Both the position numbers and the translations under genes were made by a program. A stretch of 64,000 nucleotides of DNA, taken from the IMG/VR virus record IMGVR_UViG_3300030329_002238, one strand, 5' to 3'. Positions 8,250-18,032 of the stretch are shown here, in pieces. The notes beneath the pieces were generated by a model that was not told the origin of the DNA, ran no database searches, and saw only the letters and a list, made by a program, of their open reading frames with translations. This DNA comes from an uncultured virus (IMG/VR IMGVR_UViG_3300030329_002238) (lineage: Duplodnaviria; Heunggongvirae; Uroviricota; Caudoviricetes). Numbering within the stretch: position 1 is the first letter of the stretch; each line of letters opens with the position of its first letter.

Positions 8250-8493
8250 TAATCCATTTAAAGGTTTATATTCTTCACAAGGTAAATGGAGACAACCACC
8301 TGAAACGCCAATGGAAGTGGCTAAATGTCTTTCTATGTGCTTTGCATACCCACTTGATGGAGCTATAGAACTAATAAAAACCGGGGAAGGTAAAGATATT
8401 GTGCTACTTGGTAGAAAAGAACAATGGTCTGCTTATGATATAGCTGAAGCTTTATATTCTTTAATTCAGAGGACTAAAAATGGGAAAAGTTAA
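8242..8493 (+). CDS. Hypothetical protein
   Basis: GAGGAG RBS. Confidence 0.65.
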   Translation: MNNNPFKGLYSSQGKWRQPPETPMEVAKCLSMCFAYPLDGAIELIKTGEGKDIVLLGRKEQWSAYDIAEALYSLIQRTKNGKS

Positions 8494-8749
8494 AGAAGCT
8501 TATTATGAAGATATAGAATTATATGGACATATAATTGATGAAGCTTATCACAAAGTATTAACTACTTGGAAAGAAACATTATTAGATGCAAAAATAAAAG
8601 AACCACGAGTAGATACATATAGATTACTAACAGATAAAGTTGTAGAAGAGTGTAAGAATCATGAAATACCTGAATCACGATTAAATTTTTCTTGGGAATC
8701 TTTAGTAACTTCTTATTTAGCGGAGATGCAATATGACAGAATTTACTGA
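8480..8749 (+). CDS. Hypothetical protein
   Basis: GAGGA RBS. Confidence 0.65.
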   Translation: MGKVKEAYYEDIELYGHIIDEAYHKVLTTWKETLLDAKIKEPRVDTYRLLTDKVVEECKNHEIPESRLNFSWESLVTSYLAEMQYDRIY

Positions 8750-8981
8750 TAAAGTTAAACAACGACAATTTGAAATAGAGGCTGAAAAATGGGGAGAACA
8801 AGTAAAGATGGTTATTGCTGAAAATGGATATGTAGTCTACCATTTTAATAATGGTAATAAATGGATTATAAATTCAACCACCCATAAAAAAACTTGGGAA
8901 TATGCAAACACTCACAAAAAATCTTTAATAGAAAAATTTGAAAAATTTTTAATAGATAACAAAAAAAAGATAATTAACTAA
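8733..8981 (+). CDS. Hypothetical protein
   Basis: GGAG RBS, overlap with previous gene. Confidence 0.6.
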   Translation: MTEFTDKVKQRQFEIEAEKWGEQVKMVIAENGYVVYHFNNGNKWIINSTTHKKTWEYANTHKKSLIEKFEKFLIDNKKKIIN

Positions 8982-9027
8982 GCTCCCCCGGAGCAAGGAA
9001 AATATAGAACATTAACCAGGAGGATTA

Positions 9028-10836
9028 ATGATAACAATAACATTAGATTTTGAGACATATTACGATGTCAATTATTCGCTTACAAAGATGCCCACTCCAG
9101 TGTACGTCAACCATGATGACTTTAAAGTATGGGGTGTAGGTATAAAAGTCGAAGACCAAGAAACTGTATGGCTACAACCAGATGAAATAGAAGCAGAATT
9201 TGCTACTTACAACTGGGAAGACGTAGCTCTTGTGTGTCATAACACGCCATTTGACGCTTATATACTCACACAACGTTATGGAATAAAAGATGTAGGGCGT
9301 TATTACGATACAGCAGCGATGAGTCGTGGCTTGTATCCTTCGCAAAGTGCTAGCTTGTCTGCACTTGCAGAACGCCTCTGGCCCAACGATGTAAGTATGC
9401 GTAAGGGAGACGAACTTGTTAATGCCAAAGGTATACGTGATTTAACTGTCGAACTTGATAAAGAAATAGGTGGTTATTGTATTCAAGATGTTGACCTTAC
9501 ATATGCAGCCTGGCAAAGAATGTGTACAGGCTATCCAGAAAAAGAGTTACAGCTTATAGATCTAACAACACGTATGTATGTTGAACCTAAAATGATTCTA
9601 GATCCTGAAGTATGTGAAGCACATAGAGACGCACATAAAAAAGCGGGTGATAATGCGGTACGTAACTCAGGTATAGATAGAGATATTCTTAGTTCAAATC
9701 CAAAGTTTGCACAATACATCGAAGAAGAGCTGGAGATTGTAGTACCAACTAAAAAGTCTCCACGTACAGGTAAAATGATCCCGGCCCTAGGTAAAACCGA
9801 TTCGGCATATATACAAATGTGTAATATGTACCCGAACTACAAACATATCTGGGACGGACGAAGTGCAGTAAAAAGTAGAATAGAAGAAACCCGAGCCGAA
9901 AGATTCTTATCATCTATAAATAAAGATGGAACATTTTCTGCCCCCCTTAAATATTATGCTGCTCATACAGGAAGATTTGGGGGAACTGAAAAGATTAACT
10001 TACAAAATCTCCCCCGGAGCAGTGAGTTGAGACGTGCAATACAAGCTCCAGCAGGGAAAATGATGTATGTAGCTGACCTATCTAATATAGAAGCAAGAAT
10101 GTTAGCTTGGTTAGCAAATGAACCTTACTTACTTACGAGCTTCAAAAACCAGGTAGATGTGTACAGCGAATTTGCATCTCAAATATATGACCGACCAATT
10201 ACTAAAGAAGATAAACTTGAACGTTATGTAGGCAAAACCGCAGTACTTGGTCTTGGCTATGGTATGGGCTCCGATAAGTTTAAGTATACACTTTCAACCG
10301 GATCACCATCTGTTGATGTAAGTGATGCAGCAGCTAAAACTATTGTAAATCAATACCGAAGTTATTATGCAAACATACCGAACTTATGGTCTCAATGTAA
10401 ACAACTGTTATACAACATGCTTGACCAGCGTCAAACAGGTGTAACATATGGACCATTGACCATAGGTCTTCACCAAATAACCTTACCTAATGGTATGGCT
10501 CTTAAATATCCGATGCTTACATACAGCCCCAGGGACGGTCAGTTTATGTACATGTCTTATAAAAAATCAGAAAGGCTCTATGGCCCAAAACTTACAGAGA
10601 ATATTATCCAGGCACTTGCTAGAATTGTTATCACAGATCAAATGCTTATACTTGAGCAAGATCCATTATTCGATGTTGTGCTAACAGTTCACGATGAAAT
10701 TATACTTACAGGGCCGGATACAGATTGTGATGTACACATGGATAAGATATTAGAAGTTATGAAAACCCCACCCGATTGGTGTAAAGACCTTCCATTAGAC
10801 GCAGAAGGAGGGTATGATGTTTGTTACTCTAAATAA
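9028..10836 (+). CDS. polA: Family A DNA polymerase with 3'-5' exonuclease domain
   Basis: Exo I LDFET, Exo II HNTPFD, Exo III YCIQD; TGRF, INLQNLPR, motif A DLSNIEAR, motif B RYVGKTAVLGLGYG, motif C VHDE. Confidence 0.95.
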   Translation: MITITLDFETYYDVNYSLTKMPTPVYVNHDDFKVWGVGIKVEDQETVWLQPDEIEAEFATYNWEDVALVCHNTPFDAYILTQRYGIKDVGRYYDTAAMSRGLYPSQSASLSALAERLWPNDVSMRKGDELVNAKGIRDLTVELDKEIGGYCIQDVDLTYAAWQRMCTGYPEKELQLIDLTTRMYVEPKMILDPEVCEAHRDAHKKAGDNAVRNSGIDRDILSSNPKFAQYIEEELEIVVPTKKSPRTGKMIPALGKTDSAYIQMCNMYPNYKHIWDGRSAVKSRIEETRAERFLSSINKDGTFSAPLKYYAAHTGRFGGTEKINLQNLPRSSELRRAIQAPAGKMMYVADLSNIEARMLAWLANEPYLLTSFKNQVDVYSEFASQIYDRPITKEDKLERYVGKTAVLGLGYGMGSDKFKYTLSTGSPSVDVSDAAAKTIVNQYRSYYANIPNLWSQCKQLLYNMLDQRQTGVTYGPLTIGLHQITLPNGMALKYPMLTYSPRDGQFMYMSYKKSERLYGPKLTENIIQALARIVITDQMLILEQDPLFDVVLTVHDEIILTGPDTDCDVHMDKILEVMKTPPDWCKDLPLDAEGGYDVCYSK

Positions 10837-10871
10837 AATCACAAACACATACCAAATGCTAAGGAAAGGCT

Positions 10872-11048
10872 GTGAAAAACTTAATATTAACAAGGAGGAA
10901 GGGAGAGAAAATATACATACACGCTGAAGGAGCTGTCCTGGCGGTATGTACAGTAACAGGATTAGGTACAAAACAAGTTAAATTAGCTTTCGAAGCTGAT
11001 CCAACAATAAAGATTGATAGAGAAGAAATCTATCAAGACAAATTATGA
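10872..11048 (+). CDS. csrA: CsrA/RsmA family translational regulator (58 aa, not in ORF track)
   Basis: GTG start after AAGGA; MKNLILTRRKGEKIYIHAEGAVLAVCTVTGLGTKQVKLAFEADPTIKIDREEIYQDKL matches the CsrA pattern LILTRR.GE...QV......REEIYQ. Confidence 0.88.
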   Translation: MKNLILTRRKGEKIYIHAEGAVLAVCTVTGLGTKQVKLAFEADPTIKIDREEIYQDKL

Positions 11049-11054
11049 TATAAT
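11046..11054 (+). promoter_or_regulatory. Extended -10 sigma70-type promoter upstream of primase-helicase
   Basis: TGaTATAAT. Confidence 0.55.
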
Positions 11055-11077
11055 TATTTTTCTAGGAGGGATATCAA

Positions 11078-13561
11078 ATGGAACTTATATTTTTAAGCTC
11101 TAAACAAAAATTAGTTAAAGAAATTTCAACTCAGGGTGTAACGCCCTATCCATTAGTAAAAAACTTTACATCACACACTGAGATGGTGAATGACTGTGAT
11201 GAATTTTACGATGCACTTACAACACACGCGCAGCAGGGCCATTGTTTGCATAAAGGAGTGCTAAAGAAAAAATTAAAAAACTCCCCCAGAGCAGGTATAG
11301 CAGATCGCAATGCCCCGACCGATTACATAGTATTTGATTTAGACGGATTACATTTACCCAATTGCAATGTTACGAATGTAATAGAAGAAGATGATATTAA
11401 AACTATAGCAAAACAGTTTGTACATCTTTTACCATCAGAATTCGATGATGTAAGTTACATAGCACAAGCCAGCGCCAGCCTAGGAAATAAAGGGAACAAT
11501 ATATCAATGCACTTATTCTTTATGCTTGATAGACCTGTATATCCAAGAGCTTTAAAAGAATGGTTTCGATCTTTAAATTATGAAATCCCTATAATAGCCG
11601 AACAATTATCTTTATCTTCAAATGGACAATCTTTAACTTATCCGATAGATATATCAGTATCTGACAACTCTAAACTTATTTATATTGCCCCACCTAAATT
11701 TACTGGTGTACAAGACCCGGTATCTGGTTCACGATTTGTAAAGATTAACCGTGGATCATCGACCGTTGACATATTCCCATTACTCAAGAATGTTAACCGA
11801 GAACGTATAACTAATCTTGGTATTCAAATAAAAAATAACTTACGTAAAGAAGCCGGCTTACCAAAAAGAAATGCTAAAACACAGAACCTAAGTATTGGAG
11901 ATGAGTTTGTAGAACTATTAGATAATCCTGATAAAGTTACAATACAAGTGTCACGGATCTCTGAGCCGTATGTAAACTGTAATGTTAATGGAGGAGACAG
12001 CGGTGGATATTATTTCTTATTAACCAACCCCCATTATATGTACAACTTCAAGGGAGAACCTATATGGGAAATAGAAAAAGCCGACCCCGAATTCTATAGG
12101 TGGATATTCGAAGAATTTGAAAATGATATAAGCAAAGAAAAGAACCTAAAGCCCGTAGTATTAAGAGACTTTTTTACTGACACATACTATAACGGATTGT
12201 TTAATACTAAATTACAACAGTTTGATGATAAGTTCCCACTAACCCCAACTAATAAAACTAGTTTAGAAGGATTTATGAAAACTCATAATCGTCCTACCCC
12301 AGAATTTATTCCCGATGCCCGTGTAGTATTTGATCCCTCCGATCCCACGGGCATCAACCTTACAGAAGTCCCTTATTACGTGAACATGTACCGTCAGAGT
12401 GAGTATATGCTTAACTTACAAAAACCTGATGAGGATCTAGAATACGGTACAGCAATCAAATTAGTAGACTCAACACCAAATATTTATAAATTAATATCAC
12501 ACATACTTGGAGGCGCCCCGGCCGAGTTTGAACACTTTATTAATTGGCTTGCTTACATATACCAGAATAAAAACAAAGCTATGACAGCGTGGATACTTAC
12601 AGGCGTCCCGGGCACGGGTAAAGGTTTGTTCATACATAAAGTATTAAAACCTTTATTTGGAGAAGCCCAAGTACCTATGAGGGCTTTAGAAAATATAGAA
12701 GAACACTTCAACTTATATATGAGAACAGCATTATTCCTAGCAGTAGATGAGTTCCGAATGGGTGATTCAGGCAATATAGGTAAAATGGCTGATAAATTAA
12801 AACACCAAATAACCGAACCAAACCTCACAATTCGTGCAATGCGTACAAATCAGGTAGAGCTTCCGAGCTTTTGCAACTTCTTATTCTTAACCAACCGAGC
12901 CGATGCAGTAAAAATAGAAGAAGGCGACAGACGTTACAACGTAGCCCCCCGGCAAGAACGTAAGTTGGAAGAAGTATATCCAGAGTTACTTACAAACATC
13001 CAGGAGCTGCACCTGGAGTTGTACAAACTAGCAGGCATATTAGAAACATTCAAAGTAGACGAGCGTATGGCTCACACAGTATTAGAAAATACTGCTAAAC
13101 AAGAGATGAGACAGGTCAGCATGTCTGTATTAGAAGAATTTGCAACAGCTATAAAAAGCGGAGATTTACCATTCTTTACCGAGATACTAGACATACCACT
13201 TACAAACGCGTTCGATGCTGGTGGTATAAGTACAGCACAAAGATATGTAAAGAATTGGATAGCTACAGCAGGGGAAGAACTAGTTATTCCTATGCCACAT
13301 TTCAAAATAGTCTATGACATACTTACAGACAGCAAAAATAAAATGTCTGTAAGAGACTTTACAAAAGCCATGTCACGCCTTAATATAAAAGCAAGTCGTA
13401 AGAGAACCGGTGGCGACAGGACAACTTCAGCCCCCAGGGGAGTTGTAATAACTTGGCAAATAACGGAAAGTATTAAAGAAACACTAATAAAGGACTATTT
13501 TGACTCTAATGACAGATCACTCCTTGAAGACAGTACAGCTAACGAGCGACAAGCGGGCTGA
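11078..13561 (+). CDS. Primase-helicase (prim-pol-like N-terminus, SF3/DUF5906-like C-terminus)
   Basis: VFDLDG and MHLFF in the N-terminus; Walker A GVPGTGKG, Walker B AVDE, LTN, DRRY. Confidence 0.85.
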   Translation: MELIFLSSKQKLVKEISTQGVTPYPLVKNFTSHTEMVNDCDEFYDALTTHAQQGHCLHKGVLKKKLKNSPRAGIADRNAPTDYIVFDLDGLHLPNCNVTNVIEEDDIKTIAKQFVHLLPSEFDDVSYIAQASASLGNKGNNISMHLFFMLDRPVYPRALKEWFRSLNYEIPIIAEQLSLSSNGQSLTYPIDISVSDNSKLIYIAPPKFTGVQDPVSGSRFVKINRGSSTVDIFPLLKNVNRERITNLGIQIKNNLRKEAGLPKRNAKTQNLSIGDEFVELLDNPDKVTIQVSRISEPYVNCNVNGGDSGGYYFLLTNPHYMYNFKGEPIWEIEKADPEFYRWIFEEFENDISKEKNLKPVVLRDFFTDTYYNGLFNTKLQQFDDKFPLTPTNKTSLEGFMKTHNRPTPEFIPDARVVFDPSDPTGINLTEVPYYVNMYRQSEYMLNLQKPDEDLEYGTAIKLVDSTPNIYKLISHILGGAPAEFEHFINWLAYIYQNKNKAMTAWILTGVPGTGKGLFIHKVLKPLFGEAQVPMRALENIEEHFNLYMRTALFLAVDEFRMGDSGNIGKMADKLKHQITEPNLTIRAMRTNQVELPSFCNFLFLTNRADAVKIEEGDRRYNVAPRQERKLEEVYPELLTNIQELHLELYKLAGILETFKVDERMAHTVLENTAKQEMRQVSMSVLEEFATAIKSGDLPFFTEILDIPLTNAFDAGGISTAQRYVKNWIATAGEELVIPMPHFKIVYDILTDSKNKMSVRDFTKAMSRLNIKASRKRTGGDRTTSAPRGVVITWQITESIKETLIKDYFDSNDRSLLEDSTANERQAG

Positions 13562-14279
13562 TATTGATGATTCTTTTACTAAACCTGATCAATTAGGTTT
13601 AGTCCCTAGCTGGTCCTATTCAGCTTTGAAGATATATGAAACCTGTCCTTATAGAAGTTATATTCAGAAAGTTAAAAAAGTATATGAAGACCCAGGTCCT
13701 GCTGCTGAACGTGGTTCACATATACATAAACTTGCTGAAGACTATGTGCAAACTAAAATAGGTGAACTTCCCGATGAATTAAAAAAATTTGCTGCACAAT
13801 TCGAAGAGCTCAGAGAGCTGTATTGTGAAGGAAAAGTAGAAGTAGAAGGAGAATGGGGGTTCACTTTAGATTGGGACACTACAGGTTGGATGGATCCCGA
13901 TACGTGGGCACGTATTAAATTAGATGTAATCGTACATGAGTCAGAAACATCAGCACGTGTAATAGACCATAAAACAGGAAAAAAGTTCGGTAATGAAATA
14001 GCACACGGACAACAAGCACTTATATATGCAATTGGAACCTTCTTTAGACACCCAACATTAGAACACGTACAAACAGAATTATGGTATTTAGATCAAGCTG
14101 AAACAACTATTCAAGCTTACACTAGAGATGAGGCGATGGTATTCGCCCCAGGTTTATATCAACGTGCAATAGCTATGACTACTGCAACTGAATTTCCACC
14201 TAATCCAGGCAAAGAAAACTGTAGGTGGTGCCCATACAAAAAGGGAGAATTCCCTATTTGTGAATGGGGAGTCAAGTAA
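13509..14279 (+). CDS. PD-(D/E)XK nuclease (Cas4/RecB-like)
   Basis: SYS...CP, RGSHIH, KLD...IDHKTG, Q...YA, C-terminal CRWCPY...C. Confidence 0.85.
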   Translation: MTDHSLKTVQLTSDKRADIDDSFTKPDQLGLVPSWSYSALKIYETCPYRSYIQKVKKVYEDPGPAAERGSHIHKLAEDYVQTKIGELPDELKKFAAQFEELRELYCEGKVEVEGEWGFTLDWDTTGWMDPDTWARIKLDVIVHESETSARVIDHKTGKKFGNEIAHGQQALIYAIGTFFRHPTLEHVQTELWYLDQAETTIQAYTRDEAMVFAPGLYQRAIAMTTATEFPPNPGKENCRWCPYKKGEFPICEWGVK

Positions 14280-14344
14280 TTTATCTACACATCTAATTAA
14301 CTCCAACGATGGTGTTGGAGTGTATCTTAATATAAGGAGTAACT

Positions 14345-14527
14345 ATGAAATTAGATAACACCAAACAGCTTATGCAAAAATCTGCTAAGGTTTTATGCAT
14401 AGTTGGTGCTGGAGCTGCGGGTTTAACCTTAACAGCTTTAGCTTTCTTATACACATTCCAAGCAATAGGTTTAGTCCTAGTGCTTGGGTTATTTTTAATC
14501 TTATTATGGAGACTAAGAAATGCATAG
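14345..14527 (+). CDS. Small membrane protein
   Basis: TAAGGAG RBS; two hydrophobic segments. Confidence 0.7.
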   Translation: MKLDNTKQLMQKSAKVLCIVGAGAAGLTLTALAFLYTFQAIGLVLVLGLFLILLWRLRNA

Positions 14528-14672
14528 CATTGTCGCAACAACCACAACTATTTTGTGGATATTATTAGAGGCCATTCAATTTGGCTATATGGCTTACTTA
14601 ATTTGGAAGGAGAGAAATAGTGCTTACAATAGGTATTCTCAGCGCGTTAGGACTGCTGCTGCTAGCGCTTAA
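14520..14672 (+). CDS. Small membrane protein (50 aa, not in ORF track)
   Basis: MHSIVATTTTILWILLEAIQFGYMAYLIWKER...; GGAG RBS; fills the gap between neighbours. Confidence 0.5.
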   Translation: MHSIVATTTTILWILLEAIQFGYMAYLIWKERNSAYNRYSQRVRTAAASA

Positions 14673-14901
14673 AGCTGGTGGTAAAAAAGTTATAGGTATG
14701 GATATCGTTTTTGATATCGGTATTACTATAACTTTAATGATTATGTTTGCTGGTACTTTTAGCGGTATGGCTGCTGCCATGGTTGGTGGACTTTTTGTAA
14801 CTATATTACTTTTTATTATGAAAAAGACTATGGTTCATGAGACTTTAACAGTCCAAAAAGGTATACCAAAATGGAAAGAAGTAGACCCTAGAGACCATTA
14901 A
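14620..14901 (+). CDS. Membrane protein (about 3 TM)
   Basis: GTG start with AAGGAG RBS; hydrophobic. Confidence 0.7.
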   Translation: MLTIGILSALGLLLLALKAGGKKVIGMDIVFDIGITITLMIMFAGTFSGMAAAMVGGLFVTILLFIMKKTMVHETLTVQKGIPKWKEVDPRDH

Positions 14902-14904
14902 ACA

Positions 14905-14913
14905 TGTTATAAT
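14905..14913 (+). promoter_or_regulatory. Extended -10 sigma70-type promoter upstream of SNF2 helicase
   Basis: TGtTATAAT; same TGNTATAATTA context as at 11046. Confidence 0.55.
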
Positions 14914-14942
14914 TAACTTGTATATCGAGGAACGGTAATACT

Positions 14943-16286
14943 ATGAACGATGAACTAAGGCCATATGAGCACCAAGTTGTTACGACTGATTTTATTCTTA
15001 ACACTCCACGCTGCTTAATTACATCAGACCCAGGTACTGGTAAGACTAGAGCTGTACTAGATGCTTTCGCTAATAGAGGTGGAAAAATGTTAGTACTAGC
15101 ACCACTGTCTATATTAGAACCTGCATGGGCAGATGATATTAAGAAATTCCAACCTGATATTAATTATGGAATTGCATATGCAAAAAATAGGGAGAAAGTA
15201 TTTTCTAATACTGAACACCAAATCATAGTAACTAATTTTGAAGCTGTTAATTTTCTAATCAATAAAGAAGAATTATTAAAAGACTTCGATACTATATGTA
15301 TAGATGAATTTACAGCTTTTAAAAATAGAACAACTAAACGATCTAAAGCATTAGCTAAACTTATTCATAACTTTGAATATAGAATAGCTATGTCTGGTAC
15401 TCCTAATAGTAATACCATCCTTGATATATGGCACCCAACCTTATTAGTAGATGATGGGCAACGATTAGGTAAACGCTTCTTTTCTTTTAGAAGTCAGGTT
15501 TGCACTCCTAAATTCAATGGTTTTGCCAATGAATGGATAGATAAACCAGATGCAGAAGAAGCTGTAGCTAATGTATTAAAAGACATTACAGTTAGACACG
15601 CATTAGAAGATTGCATAGACATTCCTGAAAATGTAGTTCGAACTATGTATACAAACCTATCACCAACAATAAGAAAGAATTACGAAACTTTAGCTGAAGA
15701 GTCTGTGTTGTATACACAACAAGGGACCATTAATGCTGTAAATGCAGGAGCTAGAGTTAAAAAACTTCTACAGCTTCTTACAGGAGCAATATATGACCAG
15801 GAAGGTAATGTATTAAAAGTCCATGATGAACGCTATGAACTTATTATGGATCTAGTAGAAGTACGTAAACACTCTTTAGTTGCTTTTAATTGGAAGCATG
15901 AACGCGACCAATTAATAGAAAAAGCAGAAAAGAGAGGCATTACATATGCTGTCATTGACGGGGATGTAAATGTACAACAAAGAAAAGATGTAGTTGATCG
16001 GTTTCAAAGTGGTCATATACAAGTGTTATTTGCACACCCACAATCAGCTGGGCATGGGTTAACACTTACTAAAGGCACTTCTGCAATATGGTCATCTCCT
16101 ACTTATAATGCTGAACATTTTCAGCAATTTAATAGGAGAATCCACAGAGCAGGACAAAACTTAAAAACCGAAACAATATTAATTACAGCACGAGATACCT
16201 GGGAAGAAAGTGTGTATGAAAAATTAAACACAAAAATGGGTAGAATGGAGAACTTATTACATGTACTATGTGAATTATCCAATTAA
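14943..16286 (+). CDS. SNF2-family SF2 helicase
   Basis: YEHQ, DPGTGKT, IDEF, SGTP, GHGLTL, QFNRRIHRAGQ. Confidence 0.92.
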   Translation: MNDELRPYEHQVVTTDFILNTPRCLITSDPGTGKTRAVLDAFANRGGKMLVLAPLSILEPAWADDIKKFQPDINYGIAYAKNREKVFSNTEHQIIVTNFEAVNFLINKEELLKDFDTICIDEFTAFKNRTTKRSKALAKLIHNFEYRIAMSGTPNSNTILDIWHPTLLVDDGQRLGKRFFSFRSQVCTPKFNGFANEWIDKPDAEEAVANVLKDITVRHALEDCIDIPENVVRTMYTNLSPTIRKNYETLAEESVLYTQQGTINAVNAGARVKKLLQLLTGAIYDQEGNVLKVHDERYELIMDLVEVRKHSLVAFNWKHERDQLIEKAEKRGITYAVIDGDVNVQQRKDVVDRFQSGHIQVLFAHPQSAGHGLTLTKGTSAIWSSPTYNAEHFQQFNRRIHRAGQNLKTETILITARDTWEESVYEKLNTKMGRMENLLHVLCELSN

Positions 16287-16536
16287 AGATATGAGTAAAG
16301 ATCTTTTAGAAATAAACCCAAGTGCTGCTCTTGCTGTCGAAGCTTTAGCAGAACTCCCTAAATCCACATTAGCGACTGCGTTAGTATTTGCGATTGCTCA
16401 ATCAATTACATTAAACGACCCCAACGATGATGAAAATATGAATCTTGTGTTAGAAGTAGCTTCTTCTGAAGCAGTTAATCTAGCAGAAGGTATCGATGTA
16501 ATTTTTAATAGTAATCCAAATATAACGAGGCACTAA
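16261..16536 (+). CDS. Hypothetical protein
   Basis: ORF within replication operon. Confidence 0.6.
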   Translation: MYYVNYPIKDMSKDLLEINPSAALAVEALAELPKSTLATALVFAIAQSITLNDPNDDENMNLVLEVASSEAVNLAEGIDVIFNSNPNITRH

Positions 16537-16537
16537 T

Positions 16538-16909
16538 ATGGAACCTAACTTAGATGATTTAATGAATTCGCTTGCAGATATGCGTGAAGCTATATCTTCA
16601 ACTGAAGAAGGTTTAAAGACCCTAAAACAGAAGAAGAATGATCTGGAAGCACAACTAATTGCTAAAATGGAAGATCAAGGAATTGATCGAACAGGCAATG
16701 ATCGGTGTTCAGTTTCTCTTAAAACAGAAACTGTTCCTACAGTAGAAGACTGGGACGAAGTCTATAAACACATACTCTCTACGGAGCAGTTTGAGTTATT
16801 ACATAGACGAATGTCAGCTTCTGCTTACCGAGAACTTCTCTCCTTGGATATGGAACTCCCAGGAGTGAAACCCACGGACGTGGTTCGTATTAATTACAGA
16901 TCACGATAA
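16538..16909 (+). CDS. Coiled-coil phage protein
   Basis: N-terminal coiled coil; VEDWDEVY...LPGV pattern typical of PolA-module phages. Confidence 0.7.
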   Translation: MEPNLDDLMNSLADMREAISSTEEGLKTLKQKKNDLEAQLIAKMEDQGIDRTGNDRCSVSLKTETVPTVEDWDEVYKHILSTEQFELLHRRMSASAYRELLSLDMELPGVKPTDVVRINYRSR

Positions 16910-16938
16910 CATTAACTATGAAATAAGGAAGAAGAACT

Positions 16939-17610
16939 ATGGTTGAATCTACTGGTACAAATGTACAATTAGTCTCCAAAGACGTTCCTGCTCACGTAGT
17001 AAAAGGCACTGGCCTAGGAAATGAAGAAGTTGGTAAAGAACATCTTCAAACTCCTAGAGTTAAGTTAATTCAAACAATGTCAAACGAAGTGGATAAAAAC
17101 CACAGCGAATACATTGAGAATTTATCTCCTGGTGACTTTTTAAATAGCGTTACTAAAGAGAATTATGGCACTGAGATGTATGTCTTAAATGTCAAATTTA
17201 CTGAAGATTTCGTTGTTTGGAAAAAACGTGAGATCGGTGGTGGTTTACTAGGTAATTTTAAAAGCCTAGCAGAAGCTACTGATTACCTTAATTCAAATGA
17301 TCTAGATGTTGATCAGCATGACATAATACAGACGCAGTCTCATTTACTCATGCAGAAAGACCCTAGTACAGGAGAATTGGGTATACCTTTTATTATGGAC
17401 TTTGCATCTTCTAAGTTGCGTGTATCACGCTCTTGGAATTCACAAATCCAAACTAAAGGCGGTGATCGTTTTGCTTCTCTATGGAAAATGAAATCAGTTC
17501 AAACAGCTAATAAAGTTGGACAGAAGTTTATGAACTTAACTGTCGAATTTGAAGGCTGGGCGACTGAAGAAGATTACGTAGAGGCTAAAAAGCTTTACGA
17601 GAGCCTATAA
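16939..17610 (+). CDS. Putative ssDNA-binding/replication accessory protein
   Basis: PRVKLIQ..S, PGDF; beta-rich; position in replication module. Function is inferred. Confidence 0.5.
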   Translation: MVESTGTNVQLVSKDVPAHVVKGTGLGNEEVGKEHLQTPRVKLIQTMSNEVDKNHSEYIENLSPGDFLNSVTKENYGTEMYVLNVKFTEDFVVWKKREIGGGLLGNFKSLAEATDYLNSNDLDVDQHDIIQTQSHLLMQKDPSTGELGIPFIMDFASSKLRVSRSWNSQIQTKGGDRFASLWKMKSVQTANKVGQKFMNLTVEFEGWATEEDYVEAKKLYESL

Positions 17611-17619
17611 GCATAGCTT

Positions 17620-18024
17620 ATGAATGAACATTCGTTCATTAGGTCTATACACACAAACATGTCTTCGGATGTGTTTGTGTGGAAGATCTCCGATAAATAT
17701 CAAGGAGGCGTACCGGATACATTTTATTCGGGGCCTTCTGGATATATGTTCATAGAATATAAATATGAATCTAAACTACCAAAAAAACCCACCACTAAAA
17801 TAAAAATTGCACTTACAGAGCTCCAGCGCTCCTGGTTAAGTAGAGCACAATCCCACAACCATCTTGCATACATAGCTTTAGGATCCCCTGCCGGGGTGTA
17901 CATCACAGATGATATTACCGAAAAAGAAATTACAAAAGAAAAATTACTAGAAGAGTCTGTTACAAAAAAAGAATTTATTGATAGAATAGAAAAGGTGTGC
18001 ATTAAACACAGCACAATATTATAG
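17620..18024 (+). CDS. VRR-NUC-like / Holliday junction resolvase-type nuclease
   Basis: GGVPD...FIEYK...LQRSWL. Confidence 0.8.
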   Translation: MNEHSFIRSIHTNMSSDVFVWKISDKYQGGVPDTFYSGPSGYMFIEYKYESKLPKKPTTKIKIALTELQRSWLSRAQSHNHLAYIALGSPAGVYITDDITEKEITKEKLLEESVTKKEFIDRIEKVCIKHSTIL

Positions 18025-18032
18025 GAGTTAAT

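Noticed and set aside
13509..14279. Cas4 as evidence of a CRISPR system
   Set aside because: Standalone Cas4-like nucleases are common in phage replication modules, and there are no other cas genes.
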